A stretch of DNA of 64,000 bases from the human T2T-CHM13v2.0 reference genome, Homo sapiens: assembly GCF_009914755.1 (NCBI RefSeq), contig NC_060932.1; one strand, given 5' to 3'. The translations under genes and the position numbers were made by a program. Below the pieces are notes generated by a model. It had not been told where the DNA came from, did not search any database, and saw only the letters and a program-made list of their open reading frames with translations. This document shows, one piece after another, positions 1 through 18,241 of this stretch; the first letter of the stretch is position 1; every line of letters begins with the position of its first letter.

Positions 1-1164
<1,164 letters not shown>

Positions 1165-1311
1165 GGGTCCACTTTTGAATAACATTATACCACTTCATGG
1201 GTTATGCAAGTGCCTTGTAATTTAAAAAAAATCTCAAATTTCTCCCTTCTGTCCCTTGTATCATTGCTGTAATTTATTTTACTTATACATGAACATACAA
1301 AAGCATATATA

Positions 1312-4016
<2,705 letters not shown>

Positions 4017-4018
4017 TA

Positions 4019-4478
4019 TACATGTACATAAGCGTACATAATTGTACATATTGTTGCTATTTTTTGCAAAAATTGTTATCTGTTATATCAACCAATAATA
4101 AGACAAATAAAGTAAAAGTTTTTATTTACCTTCACTTATTCATTCTCCAATGTTTTTCTTTTCTTTATGTGGGCCTGAAGTTCTGATCTATATTACTTTG
4201 GTTATTTCTGTAGAACTTCTTTTTAACATTTCTCACAAGGCAGGTCTACTGGCAATAGTTCTATCAATTTTTGTTTATCTAAGAAAGCATTTCTCTTTCA
4301 CTTCTGATGGATAATTTTGCAGTGTACAGAATTCTAGGTTGGTGGTTTTTCTCTGTTAATGCCAAATATTTCACTCCACTCTTTTCTTGCTTTCATAATT
4401 TCTAAGAAGTAAGATGTAATTTTTATCTTTGCCTATCTGCAGCTAAGGTTGTTTTCTTTTATTTTTTAACCTCTGCCT
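4019..4478 (-). mobile_element. Continuation of old L1M (ORF1 3' part / inter-ORF), antisense
   Basis: TTTAACATTTCTCACAAGGCAGGTCTACTGGCA...ACAGAATTCTAGGTTGGTGG resembles antisense L1M ORF1. Confidence 0.7.
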
Positions 4479-4480
4479 TC

Positions 4481-5620
4481 TCTATTCTGTTCCATTGATG
4501 TGGAACAGAATATTTTTATATCAGTCTATTTTTATATCAATACCATGCTGTTTTGGTTACTATAGGCTTGCAGTATAATTTGAAACTAAGTAATGTGATA
4601 CCTCTAGCTTTGTTGTTTTTGCATAGTATATTGGCTATTCAGGCTCCTTTTTTTGTTCCATATGAATTTCATGATTTTTTCCTAAGGCCACATATCCACA
4701 GCCAACTCATCTTTGAAAAAGTAAATAGAAATATGTAATGAGGAAGGACACCCTTTTCAATAAATAGTGCTGGGAAAATTGGATTGCCATGTGGAGAAGA
4801 ATGAAACTGAACTCCTATCTCTCACCATATGCAAAAATCAATTCAATATAGATCAAAGACTTAAATATAAGACATGAAACTATAAAAATACTAGAAGAAA
4901 ACCTAGGGGAAACTTTTTTGGACATTGGTCTAGACAAAGAATTCATAATTAAGACTTCAAAATCAAATGCAACAACAACAAAACACAGACAAATGAGACT
5001 GACTTAAACTAAAAAGTTTCTGCACAGCAAAAATAGAATGAACAGACAACCTGCAGACTGAGAGAAAATATTTGCCAATTATGCATTTGACAGGGGACTA
5101 GTATCCAGAATTTAAAAGAAACTCAAGCAACTTTACAAAAGAGATTCAAATACCTCCATTAAAAAGTGAGCAAAGGACAGAAGTAGACATTTTTCAAAAG
5201 AAGACATACAAATGGCTAATAAACATATGAAAAATTCTTTACATCGCTAATCATCAGAGAAGTACAAATTAAAACCACAATGAGATAGCATCTTATAACA
5301 ATCAGAATGCCTATTACTAAAAAGTCAACATTAATAGATGTTGGCAAGGATATGGAGAAAAGGGGAGGCTTATATGCTGTTGGTGGGAATGTCAATTAGT
5401 ACAACCTCTGTGGAAAACAATATGGAGACTTCTCAAAGAACTAAAAATGGAACTATCATTTGATCCAGTAATCTCACTACTGGGTATATAACAAAAGGAA
5501 AAGAAATCATTAAATCAAAAAGATACCTGTGCTCATATGTTTATCACAGCACTATTCAAAATAGCAAAGACATGAAATCAACCTAAGTGTCCATTATTGG
5601 ATGATTGGATGAAGAAACTT
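4481..5620 (+). mobile_element. L1 (L1PB/L1MA-like) ORF2 3' part with inverted 5' segment (4481-4680 minus, 4681-5620 plus)
   Basis: Minus segment ends at ...TGGAACAGAATAGA and the plus segment resumes at AAGGCCACATATCCACAGCCAACT, nearly contiguous in L1: twin-priming geometry. Confidence 0.8.
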
Positions 5621-5783
5621 ACAGATCCATTGGTAGTTCTATTTTTAATTCTTTGAGAAATCTCCAAATTGTTTTCTATAGAGGTTGCACTGATTGACAT
5701 TTCCACAAACAGTGTATAAGCATTCCCTTTTCTCAACATCCTCGTTAACATCTGTTATTTTTTAACATATATGTATGTGTGTG

Positions 5784-5814
<31 letters not shown>

Positions 5815-5857
5815 CACATTTATATATCACATTTTCTTTATCCAATCATCCACTTGA
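5621..5857 (-). mobile_element. Antisense L1 3' fragments with a (CA)n microsatellite
   Basis: 5624-5762 is a diverged reverse complement of 5330-5468; 5817-5857 is antisense GGATGATTGGATAAAGAAAATGTG; (CA)n at ~5789-5813. Confidence 0.7.
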
Positions 5858-6510
5858 TTTGGGGAAAATTCTCAGTCATTATTGTTTCAAATATTGCTTC
5901 TGTTCCTTTTTCTCTTTCTTCTTTTGGTATCAACATTAAATATGCATTACACTTTTTGTACATGTTCCATAGTTCTTGGATATTCTGTACTTCTGTTTCT
6001 ATTCTTCTTTCTCTTTGCCTTTCAGTTTTGGAAGTTTCCGTTATCATATCATCAAGCATAAAGACTCTTTCCTCAGGTGTGTCCAGTCTACTAATGAGCC
6101 CATCAAAAGCATTTTTCAGTTCAATTACATTTTTTTTAATCTCTAGCACTTCTTTTTTTTTTTCTTAGAATTTCTATCTTCTGCTTTCATTCTGTTGTTG
6201 CATAGGCTATCTACTTTTTCCAGTAACTCCCTTAGCACATTAGTCATAGTGTAAAAAAAAATTTCTGGCCTGATAATTCCAACATTCCTGCCATATCTGA
6301 CTCTGGCATGAATCTTATCAGTCTATCTTATGATTAATTCTCCATCTTTTGGTGAGCCTGTGCCCCTGGTCTGTAAACTTCACTGTTATTTCTCAGGTTT
6401 TTTTGTTTTCTATTGCTGCTTTGTTTGCCACTTAGGTGGAGCAGGATGGCTGGAGTGGGCTGGAGTTGTGTATTTCCCCTTTCCTATGTGGAAGGCTAGA
6501 AGAATGTTCA
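5858..6510 (-). mobile_element. Old L1M ORF1 (coiled coil / RRM start) and 5' region
   Basis: ORF 5838-6149(-) LKNAFDGLISRLDTPEER...IQELWN...IFETIMTENFPQ is L1 ORF1p-like. Confidence 0.85.
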
Positions 6511-6599
6511 TGATTTTTTTTTAAATTTGGCATAAAATTCTTCCTTCAAGGGGAATTTTTATAACTCTTAACATATGTCCTTTGAAAATCCTGATATTT

Positions 6600-7364
6600 T
6601 TCTCGGCAAAAATGTTTTTATTTTATTTATTCATTCTTGAATGAGTATAAATTACAGAATTCTAGTTTGACAGCTTTTCATTAGCAGCACTGTGAAGATG
6701 TTGTTCCATTTGTCCTGAACTCTATTTTGCTTTTGAAATATTTGCTGTCCCATAATATGAATTTTCCAAGTTTTTTCCTATAATTTAAGTTCTAATTAAT
6801 CTGCACTGTGGCAGAAAAAAAAAATGCACTATATCAAGCCTTTGAAATGTATAAGCCTTGCATAAGTGCTCTATGATCCATTTTGATAAATGTTTCAAAT
6901 GTACTTGAAAAACATGTATATTCTGTAATTAATTGGCATATTCGAATATGCCAATTAGATCAAGTTGGTTAATGGTATTATTCAAAACTTTGACATCCTT
7001 ATTGCTCTTTTTTTGTTTGCCTATTCTATCAGTTATTAAGAGAGGTGTGTTAAATTCTTCAACTAAGATTTTGGATTGTCTATCATTTTAAATCTTAACT
7101 TTTGGTTTACATATTTTAAAGCAGTTTTCAAGTGCCTGCAAATTTAAAATTGTTAAATATTCCTATTGATTCAAATGTTTTATAATTATAAAATATTTTA
7201 TAATTATAAAATATCTTTATTTCTCTTAATATGTTTTGCTTTAAAGTCTATGTTGACTGATAATATATTCACACTAGCTTTCTTTTGAATAATGTATTTA
7301 TGGCACAACTTTTCCATCAGTTATGTTTCAAACTGTCTGTATTTATATTTAGAGAGTATGTTTT
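6600..7364 (-). mobile_element. Very old L1M (L1ME-like) antisense fragments
   Basis: TATTCTATCAGTTATTAAGAGAGGTGTGTTAAATTCTTCAACTA resembles antisense ORF2; similar sequence resumes after 8335. Confidence 0.6.
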
Positions 7365-8323
7365 GCAGACAACCTTCAGAATGGGAGAAAATTTTTACAA
7401 TCTATCTATCTGACAAAGGTCTAATATCCAGAATCTACAAGGAACTTAAGCAAATTTACAAGAAAATAAACCAACCCCATTAAAAACTAAGCGAAAGACA
7501 TGAACAGACACCTCTCAAAAGAAGACACAAATGTGGCTAACAAACATATGGAAAAAGCCTCAACATCACTGATCATTAGAGAAATGCAAATCAGAACCAC
7601 AATGAGGTACCATCTCACACCAGTCAGAATGGCTATTATTAAAAACTTAAAAAATGACAGATGCTGGAGTACTTGTAGAGCAAAAGAAATGTTTTTAAAC
7701 TGTTGGTGGGAGTGTAAATTAGTTCAACTATTGTAAAAGACAGTGTGGTAATTCCTCAAAGACCTAGAGGCAGAGATACCATTTGACGCAGCAATCCCAT
7801 TGCTGAGTGTATACCCCCCAAAATATAAATTATTTTATAATAAAGATACATGCATGCATATATTCATTGCAGTAGTATCCACAATAGCAAAGATACGGAA
7901 TCAACCTAAATGCCCATCAGTGATAGAATGGATAAGAAAACGTGGTATATCTACATTATGGAACACTATGCAGCTATAAAAAGGAATGAGATCATGTTCT
8001 TTTCAGGGACATGGATGGAATTGGAAGCCATTATCCTCAGCAAACTAACACAGGAACAGAAAACAAAACACCACATGTTCTCACTTATAAGTAGGAGCTG
8101 AATGATGGGAACACATGGACAATTGAGGGTAAATAACACACTGGAGCTTGTGGAAGCTGGGGGAGGTAGAGCCTCAGGAAGAATAGCTAATGGATGCTGG
8201 GTTTAATACAGAGGTGATGGGATGATCTGTACAGCAAACCACCATGGCACATATTTACCTATGTAATAAACCCACTCATCCTGCACATGTACCCCTGAAC
8301 TTAAAAGTTGAAGGAAAAAAAAA
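7365..8323 (+). mobile_element. 5'-truncated L1PA (approx. L1PA13-16) ORF2 C-terminus, 3' UTR and poly-A
   Basis: ORFs [49 protein letters not shown]; imperfect TSD AGAGTATGTTTTG / AGAGCATGCTTTG. Confidence 0.92.
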
Positions 8324-8534
8324 GAGCATGCTTTGTAAATGGCATATAGATGGATCTTTTTTTAAAAAAAAGGCTAATGTGGCAATCTTTGTCTTTTTAT
8401 TGACATATTCCATCAATATGTTTGATGCAATTATTGATATAGTTGAATTTTAGTCTACTATCTTAATAATTTTGTTTTAATTTATACCATCTATTATTTG
8501 TTCTTCTTTATTTCTTTCCTTTTAAAATCAGTGA

Positions 8535-8826
<292 letters not shown>

Positions 8827-10654
8827 CCATTTTATTTCTTAAATTAGCTTTTTTATGTCTTTTGTCTTATTATTGTATTTTTATTGTTTCTTTAGAAATT
8901 GCTAATGTTTCCTTACTTTATTTAAAAAACTTCTATAAATTTATATTTTTATCATATTTCTAAGAAAGAATCTTACTAAATTGTTGTTTAGATCTATTTA
9001 CCTTTGTTTTTTAAACATACCTTTTTTTTTTTTTTAAACACTTAGGCTATTGCCATGTATTTTACTTTCATACTTTTTAGGTCCCTTAGAGATTGTGGTT
9101 ACCATTGCTTTAGACAGTAAGAAATCTTATATATTTTTCCACATATCTACCCTTTCTGGTGCTATTATTTTTTTTTCACGTAGATTCTGTTCTCTGGAAT
9201 CATTTTACTCAACTGAAGAACTTTCTTCAGTAGATTTTCTAGTGCAAATTTGCTAATATTTCATTTCCTCAGTTTTTGTCTGAGGGAATCTTTATTTTGC
9301 TTTTATTTGTAAAGAATTTTTTCACTACATATTGAAATTTAAGTTAAGGTTTCTGGTTTTGTTTTGCTTTCCTTTTGGTTCTTCAGCATTTCAAAGAGGC
9401 AATTCCATCATCTTCTGGCTCCCAAAGGTTCTGTTAAGAAAATTATTTCTTTCTAGTTTTTTTTTCCTCTAAAGAAAATATGACTCTGTTCTATGGTCAT
9501 TTTAAATATTTTTACTTAAGTTTTATTTTTTAGTAATTTAATTTGATATTTACTTATGACGATTAGGATTTGCAGAGCATTTTATGAGTTAATGCCTTCA
9601 TCAGAATTGGAAATTGCGGGGATGCAGTGGGGGCAGTTATTTTGCCAAATATTGTTTCTGTTCCATTTCTTTTCTTTTCACCTCTTGAAAGTAAGCGTAC
9701 ACATATGTTAGACCTTTTACCTAAGTTTTACCTCATTTTTACATTCAGTTATATGTGTGTTTTTTTTTTTTTTAGGTATTTTCTGTATCTGTCCTTGACC
9801 ATTAATTCTGTCTTCTCCTCTATTATGCTTTTAATCCTTTTCAAAAACATCTCAATGTCAGATGTATTTAGCAGTTATAGACTATTCACTTGATCCTTTT
9901 TAAATTGTGTGCTAGGCATTGTTAATGTTACATGTTAGAATTCTGGATTATGTTATTTTCCACTAAAGAGTGTTTATTTTTATTCTGGGTGGTAGATCAA
10001 TTACTAGTAGATCACATTGATGCTGTCAAAGTTTGGTTTGGGGATTTGAAATAGTGGTTCTATTTCCCTTACTCCTACTGTGTAGCCCTTAATCATAGGG
10101 AATGACCTTTCTGGGATCTCACCTCAATGTTTAGGCTCTTCATCAAGGTCTCTATACTCGCTGGAGCTGATCTTCAATGTCTCTCCAAAACATGTGATTT
10201 CTGAAGTCTCTGCTTAGCTCTCAACTTCATAGCAAACATTGCTCCTAGGTCTCACATGGGTCTCATCTTTGGTATGTGCAGTTTAAGAGTTACCAATGAT
10301 GCAAGGAGAAACTTTTTGCATAGTTTGGCTTCATCCTCTCCGTATTCTGCCCTTAAAATTACAACTGCTTTAGCAGCCCCAAAATCCAGTATGTGTATCA
10401 TCCACTCAGTAAAGCTGCTGTATTCTATTTCTTTGGTCATATTTTGGCAATTCCCTCAAGGAGACAAGTGGGGTGAATGTGAAGCTTAGTGTGTATGCTG
10501 ACCTTCTCCCAATGATGTTTCTCAGTACCTGCAAACACTTGTTTTATATATTTTATCCAACTCTGATAGAAATTATTACAGCAAGAGATTTAGTCTTATA
10601 TCAGCGATACCATTGTGTTTACTAATGGAATTCCTTCTTTTGTATTTTTTCTTT

Positions 10655-11040
10655 GTAACACCTTTATTGAGGCATGATTGACAAACACTAAACATACATA
10701 TTTAAGCTGTACAATTTGATGAATTTTAATATTTGAATATTCCAGGAAGCAATCACCAAAATCAATATAATAAATAAAACAATTATTTATAAGTTTTCTT
10801 GTGTCCCTTTGTAGTTTCTCCTTCTTCAAGACAATCACTGATCTGCTGTCAATATATATTAATTTACATTCTATAGAATTTTACATCTATAGAATCACAC
10901 AATAAGTACTCTTTTTATTAACCTGGCTTCTTTCATTCAGCATAATTATTTTAAGATTCATCTATGTTATATGTATGTGTAAATATTTTATTCCTTTTTA
11001 TTACTGACTACAATTCTATTGTATATAAATACCATATATA
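10655..11040 (-). mobile_element. Old L1M 3' end, antisense
   Basis: CTTTATTGAGGCATGATTGACA...CTGGCTTCTTTCATTCAGCATAATTATTTTAAGATTCATC. Confidence 0.7.
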
Positions 11041-12057
11041 TTAAATTTTTAAAAATTTTTAAATTGAAATTTATAGTTCGTGGCACAAAGAAAAGAACAC
11101 TTAGAACTATACTTAGTAATACTTTCTAAAGTTTCAGAGAATATTTCCTTTAAAAATTTCAAAACTCACCATTTTAAAATAAAATTACTTATACCCTACA
11201 TCCATACCATTTTAATTACATTGATAATTTTCAGATTGGTATTTTTGATGCACTCTATCATGCCTTAATAACTAATTACATGGAAGGCAATATTAGCCGC
11301 TTTTGCCTGAGTCTGAATTTAAAGAATTAATGTGAATATAATACTATCCTCTAAAATATTGAACCAGTTAATTTTAACCAGCACATTTTTTCCTAAAGGG
11401 AATCTCTTATTCTCCTGAAAAAAAACTAGTCTAAGACTGGAAAATATATTGAGAATAAAATGAGTGAAACTTTGAAAATGTTTCTCACCACATGTGAGTA
11501 AGGCTATATTTGAAAGATTGCAAACAAGATGGGACATTCAAAATCTAGCAAATGTTAATGGACCACGTCTTATACGTCTAATGATATATAGTGAACTCAA
11601 GTACAATAACATTATAAAAGTTTTGATGTGTCTGATAAAAATTGAGTTTTTACTATTATTATCAATGTTACCATCCAGCATTTCAAAAAAAGTGGAGTTA
11701 CACCAAGTATGTGGTCATAGTGAATGCAATAACCCCATTAAAAAAAAAATCTCTGCAGCGTTATCCTAAGGAGTATAATTAATATTTTTCTCTTTTAACC
11801 ATATTGCACTGGTTAAAAATTTCAGTATTAAGTTCTGTGACATAGCAGTCATTGTTTCCTGAGACTATGGAATTGTAAATCTCACTTACTGTTCTACCTC
11901 GTTATTAGATGCAAAAAGAAAATGTACTATCATTGACTGCAAAAGTTAATATTCATTTGTTGCAAGCAAAGAAAGTTGAGTATGACTATTTCAAGCAAAA
12001 TGGAATTTAAGCAAAATGGAAGAAAGCAGGTGATGAACTAGAGATGCTATTAGGGTA

Positions 12058-12241
12058 CTATATATATATATATATATACAGAATATATATACAGAATATA
12101 TATATACAGAATATATATACAGAATATATATATACAGAATATATATATAGAATATATATAGAATATATATACAGAATACATATATAGAATATATATATAT
12201 AGAATATATATATAGGGTACTATATATAGTGTATATATATA
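12058..12241. repeat. AT-rich tandem repeat, unit approx. ATATATATACAGA
   Basis: About ten visible units derived from (TA)n. Confidence 0.95.
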
Positions 12242-12370
12242 GTGGGAACTAAATATATAGTTAAAGAAACTGAGAAAATCATAAATGGGCATAAAGTATC
12301 TACGTGGAATGAGTAGATGAAGGAAAGGGACATATTTTAAGTTATTTGCTGTAGGAATGAGAACTAGAGT

Positions 12371-12844
12371 TGTATCAGCAATATCCATACTTATTCCTTA
12401 TTACTCTTTGGTAGTCTAGAAAAATGCATCCTATTCAAATATAAGGGTCAGCAAGGTTCCTATTCAAAATGGGTAACATGAGGAGAGTTTAATCAAGGAA
12501 CTATTTTCAAGGGTGTGGACTATTTACAACAGCTGTTATCATCCTTGGCCTGAAGGGGCAACTAATGGTAGGAGTTTCCAGAATTTGAAAGAGAGAGACA
12601 TGTAGAAAGAGCTGCCTTGAGATGAAATGTGACTTCCACAGGAAGCAGTCAGGGGAATAATTCATTGGCCTCTTTGTTCTTCCTCATTCCAGTCTCCTAC
12701 TGGAGCTCTGTATTGGCTAAATCCAACTAGTAACCAAATTCAAGGGAGGTTACTGATAAAGTCAATGCAGGTGAACATGCTGGGGGTGAGAGCGGAATGG
12801 AGAATGATGGAAAATGTCCTGAGTAGGGGGAGACAACTAGCACA
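12371..12844. mobile_element. Old ERVL-class solo LTR (LTR33-like) with a 66-bp foreign insert near its left end
   Basis: TGTATCAG...GGGTAACATGAGGAGAGTTTAATCAAGGAACTATTT...GGCCTGAAGGGGCA...CTAGCACA; family recalled from memory. Confidence 0.55.
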
Positions 12845-13392
12845 ATTTTATATCTTGAAGAAATATCCGTACTTATTCCTTATTACTCTTTGGTAATCTA
12901 CAAAAATGCATCTTATTCAAATATAAGTTACAGAAAATAAATTTAATCTGCCTCTAAACTAAAAAAAAAAAATTAAACAAAGGAAAATAGCAATATATAT
13001 TTCTTATATGTGATAAAAACTCATCGGTAAAATGTTTCTACTAAGGAGGTAAAAAGCAAGATGAAACATTCCAATCTGAGTTAAAAACAAAAGAAAATAA
13101 AAACGTGAAATAACCACTGCTAAACAGGAACATGAAATACAAAAATACAAAGTTTCTGAGAAAAGATGACCACATAACAGGAAAATGTGAAAAAAGGCTA
13201 ACAGAATTCAGTTAAAAAAAAAAAAAAAGAAGTAACAGGCTAAATCATTTAGGAAATAAGAAGTATATTAAAAAGAGCACAAAGAAAAATCATGGAAAGA
13301 TCAGCAGGTGACAGAGAATAATATAAATAAAGATGAAAAAATGAAGCAAAAGTAAAGAGAAGAAAAGGGTTTAGGAAGAGATACATACAAAG

Positions 13393-14470
13393 TGTTGAGG
13401 GAAGTCAGGGACCCCAAATGGAGGGACTGGCTGAAGCCGTGGCAGAAGAACATAAATTTTGAAGATTTCATGGACATTTATTAGTTCCCCAAATTAATAC
13501 TTTTATAATTTCTTATGCCTGTCTTTACTGCAATCTCTGAACATAAATTGTGAAGATTTCATGGACATTTATCACTTCCCCAATCAACAGTCTTATAATT
13601 TCCTATGCCTGTCTTTAATCTCTTAATCCTGTCATCTTTGTCAACTGAGGATGTATGTTGCCTCAGGACCCTGTGATGATTGCCTTAACTGCACACATTG
13701 TTTGTAAAACATGTGTGTTTGAACAATATGAAATCTGGGCATCCTAAAAAAGAACAGGTTAGCAGCGATTTTCAGGAAACAAGGGAGATAACCATAAGGT
13801 CTGACTGCCTGCGGGTCCGGGCAGAACAGACTCATATTTCTCTTCTTGCAGAAAGTGAATAGAAGAAATATCGCTGAATTCCTTTACCAGCAAGGAATAA
13901 CCCTGGGGAAGGAATGCATTCTCAGGGGTAGGTCTGTTGACGGCAACTCTGGGAGTGTCTGTCTTATGCAGTTGAATATAAGGGATGAAATATGCCCTTG
14001 TCTCCTGCAGTGCCCTCACGCTTGCTAGGATTAGGAAATTCCAGCCTGGCAAATTCTAGTCAGACCGGTTGTCTGCTCTCTAACCCTGTTTCCTGTTAAG
14101 ATGTTTATCAAGACAATGCGTGCCCAGCGAGACATGGAACCTCATCAGTAATTCTGATTTCTCCCTGGCCTTGTGATCTTGCTCTGCCCTACTGCTCTTT
14201 TGATCTTTTATTGCCCTTTGAAGCATGTGATATTTGTGACTTACTTCCTGTTCGTACCCCCCTCCCCTTTTGAAATCCCTAATAAAAACTTGCTGGTTTT
14301 GTGGCTCAAGGGGCATCATGGAACCTACCAACATGTGATGTCACCCCCAGAGGCCCAGCTGTAAAATTTCTCTCTTTGTACTCTTTCTCTTTATTTCTCA
14401 GACCAGCCGACACTTAGGGAAAACAGAAAAGAACCTACGTTAAAATACTGGGGTTATTTCAACCCCAATA
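13393..14470 (+). mobile_element. MER11 (MER11A-like) solo LTR of HERV-K11/HML-8
   Basis: Starts TGTTGAGGGAAGTCAGGGACCCC; internal repeat GAACATAAATT(T/G)TGAAGATTTCATGGACATTTAT; AATAAA at 14281; ends GAACCTACGTTAAAATACTGGGG. Confidence 0.93.
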
Positions 14471-14567
14471 TTCAATAAATACTGGTTCCCATTGAAGGGA
14501 GTGCAAAGGAGATACAACCAACCTATAATTGCAATCAGCAATCAATAACACTAAAACCATGAGATAA

Positions 14568-14632
14568 GTAGGTAGATGATAGATTATAGATATGCGATAG
14601 ATGATTGATGATAGATAGGTAGATGTTAGATA
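14568..14632. repeat. Degenerate (GATA)n microsatellite
   Basis: GTAGATGATAGATTATAGATATGCGATAGATGATTGATGATAGATAGGTAGAT. Confidence 0.8.
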
Positions 14633-14784
14633 TGTTTCTCATCAGGATTCAAGCAACTACTCCCTCTCTTGCCTCTTCAGGCCCCCTCCAAGGGTCCACG
14701 GTGGCCATCCCCTGGATGCTAATTGTCCCCTTTAGTTTCCCTAAACACTATAACTTTTAAAATTAGTACTTTTTACTTTGTCTT

Positions 14785-15978
14785 CTTTTGAGAACTGTCT
14801 GTTCATCTCCTTTGCCCACTTTTTAATGAAGTTATTTGGATTTTTCTTTCTTGATTTGTTTAGTTTCCCTATAGATTCTAGATATTAGCCCTTTGTCAGA
14901 TGCGTAGTTTGCAAATATTTTCTCCCATTGTGTGGGTTGTCTGTTTACTCTGTTGATCATTTATTTTGTTGTGTGGAAGCTCTTTAGTTTAATTAGGTCC
15001 CACTTGTCAATTTTTATTTTGTTGCAATTGCTTTTGAGGACTTAGTTATAAATTCTTTGTCAGAAAGGTATTTCCCAGGTTTTCTTCCAGGATGTTTATA
15101 GCTTCAGGTCTTGCATTTAGGTCTTCAATCCATCTTGTGTTAATTTTTTCTATCTGGTGATAGGTAGGTACCCAGTTTCATTCTTCTGTGTATGGCTAGC
15201 CAGTTTTCCTAGAACTATTGATTGAATAGGCAGACCTTTCCCCATTTCTTATTTTTTCCAACTCTATTGGAGATAAGTTGGTTGTAGTTTTGCAGCTTTA
15301 TTTCTGGGTTCTCTATTATGTCACATTGGTCTATGTGTCTATTTTTGCTGGTGGTAATGTAAATTAGTTCAGCCACTGTAGAGAGCAGTTTGAAGATTTC
15401 TCAAACAGCTAAAAACAGACCTATTGTTGAGCCCAGCAATTCCTTTACTGGGTGTATATCCAAAAGAAAATAAATTATTCTACCTAAAAGATGCATGAAC
15501 TTTTATGTTTATTGCAGCACTATGCATAATAGCAAAGTCATGAGATCGATCTAAGTGCCCATTATTGCTGGACTGCATAAGGAAAATGTGGTACATATAC
15601 ACTGTGAGATGCTATGCAGTCATAAAAAAGAACAAAATCATTTTCTTTGCAAAAACATGGGTGTAGCTGGAGGCCATTATCCTAAGTAGCTTAACACAGA
15701 AACAGAAAACCTAATATTACGTGTTCTCACTTACATGTGGAAGCTAAACCTTGGCTACACATAAACACAAAGATGGGAACAACAGACACCAGGGACATGA
15801 AAAGGAGGGAGGGAAGAAGAGAGAGAGGGAAGCAAGGGCGGAAAAACTTGCTATTAGATACTAGCTGCACGATGGGATCAATAGAAGCCCAAACCTCACA
15901 TCACACAATATTCCCTTGTAACAAACCTGCACATGTACCCCCAAATCTAAAATAAAAATGTAAATTAAAAAATAAAAA
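14785..15978 (+). mobile_element. 5'-inverted, truncated L1 (approx. L1PA16/17): minus ~14785-15347, plus ~15348-15978
   Basis: Antisense ORF2 followed by sense ORF2 end, 3' UTR and A tail; imperfect TSD TAGTACTTTTTACTTTGTCTT / TAGTAGTTTTACTCTGTCTT. Confidence 0.88.
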
Positions 15979-16019
15979 TAGTAGTTTTACTCTGTCTTGA
16001 AATCATCTCATGCATTTGT

Positions 16020-16335
16020 ATCTCTAGCTATGACCTTTCTCATAAACCTCAGATTTGTATACAAAACCACTCACTTGATATTTCCTTTTGGAAGTTCTTT
16101 TGGAAACATTATCAAATTAGCATGCAGATAACTGAACTGGTGGAATTTCCTCAAAAACCATCTCTACATAGCCTTCCCAATGTTAGTTAGTGTCAACTCA
16201 ATCCATGCAGTTGTTTAGGCTCAAATCTCTTTTAATCTCCACATTCAACCCAGTAGAGATACTATCGGAGTATCCTCAAAGTATATGCAGAATCTGCTCA
16301 TTTCTCACTTCTTTCACTAGCAATTTCCTTGCCAA
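16020..16335 (+). mobile_element. L2 LINE fragment
   Basis: TCTCTAGCTATGACCTTTCTCATAAACCTCAGA...CACTTGATATTTCC resembles L2. Confidence 0.6.
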
Positions 16336-16339
16336 GATG

Positions 16340-18241
<1,902 letters not shown>

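Noticed and set aside
12050-12388. Ile/Tyr-rich ORF and a regularly spaced array
   Set aside because: Simple AT minisatellite; no unique spacers, so not CRISPR-like.
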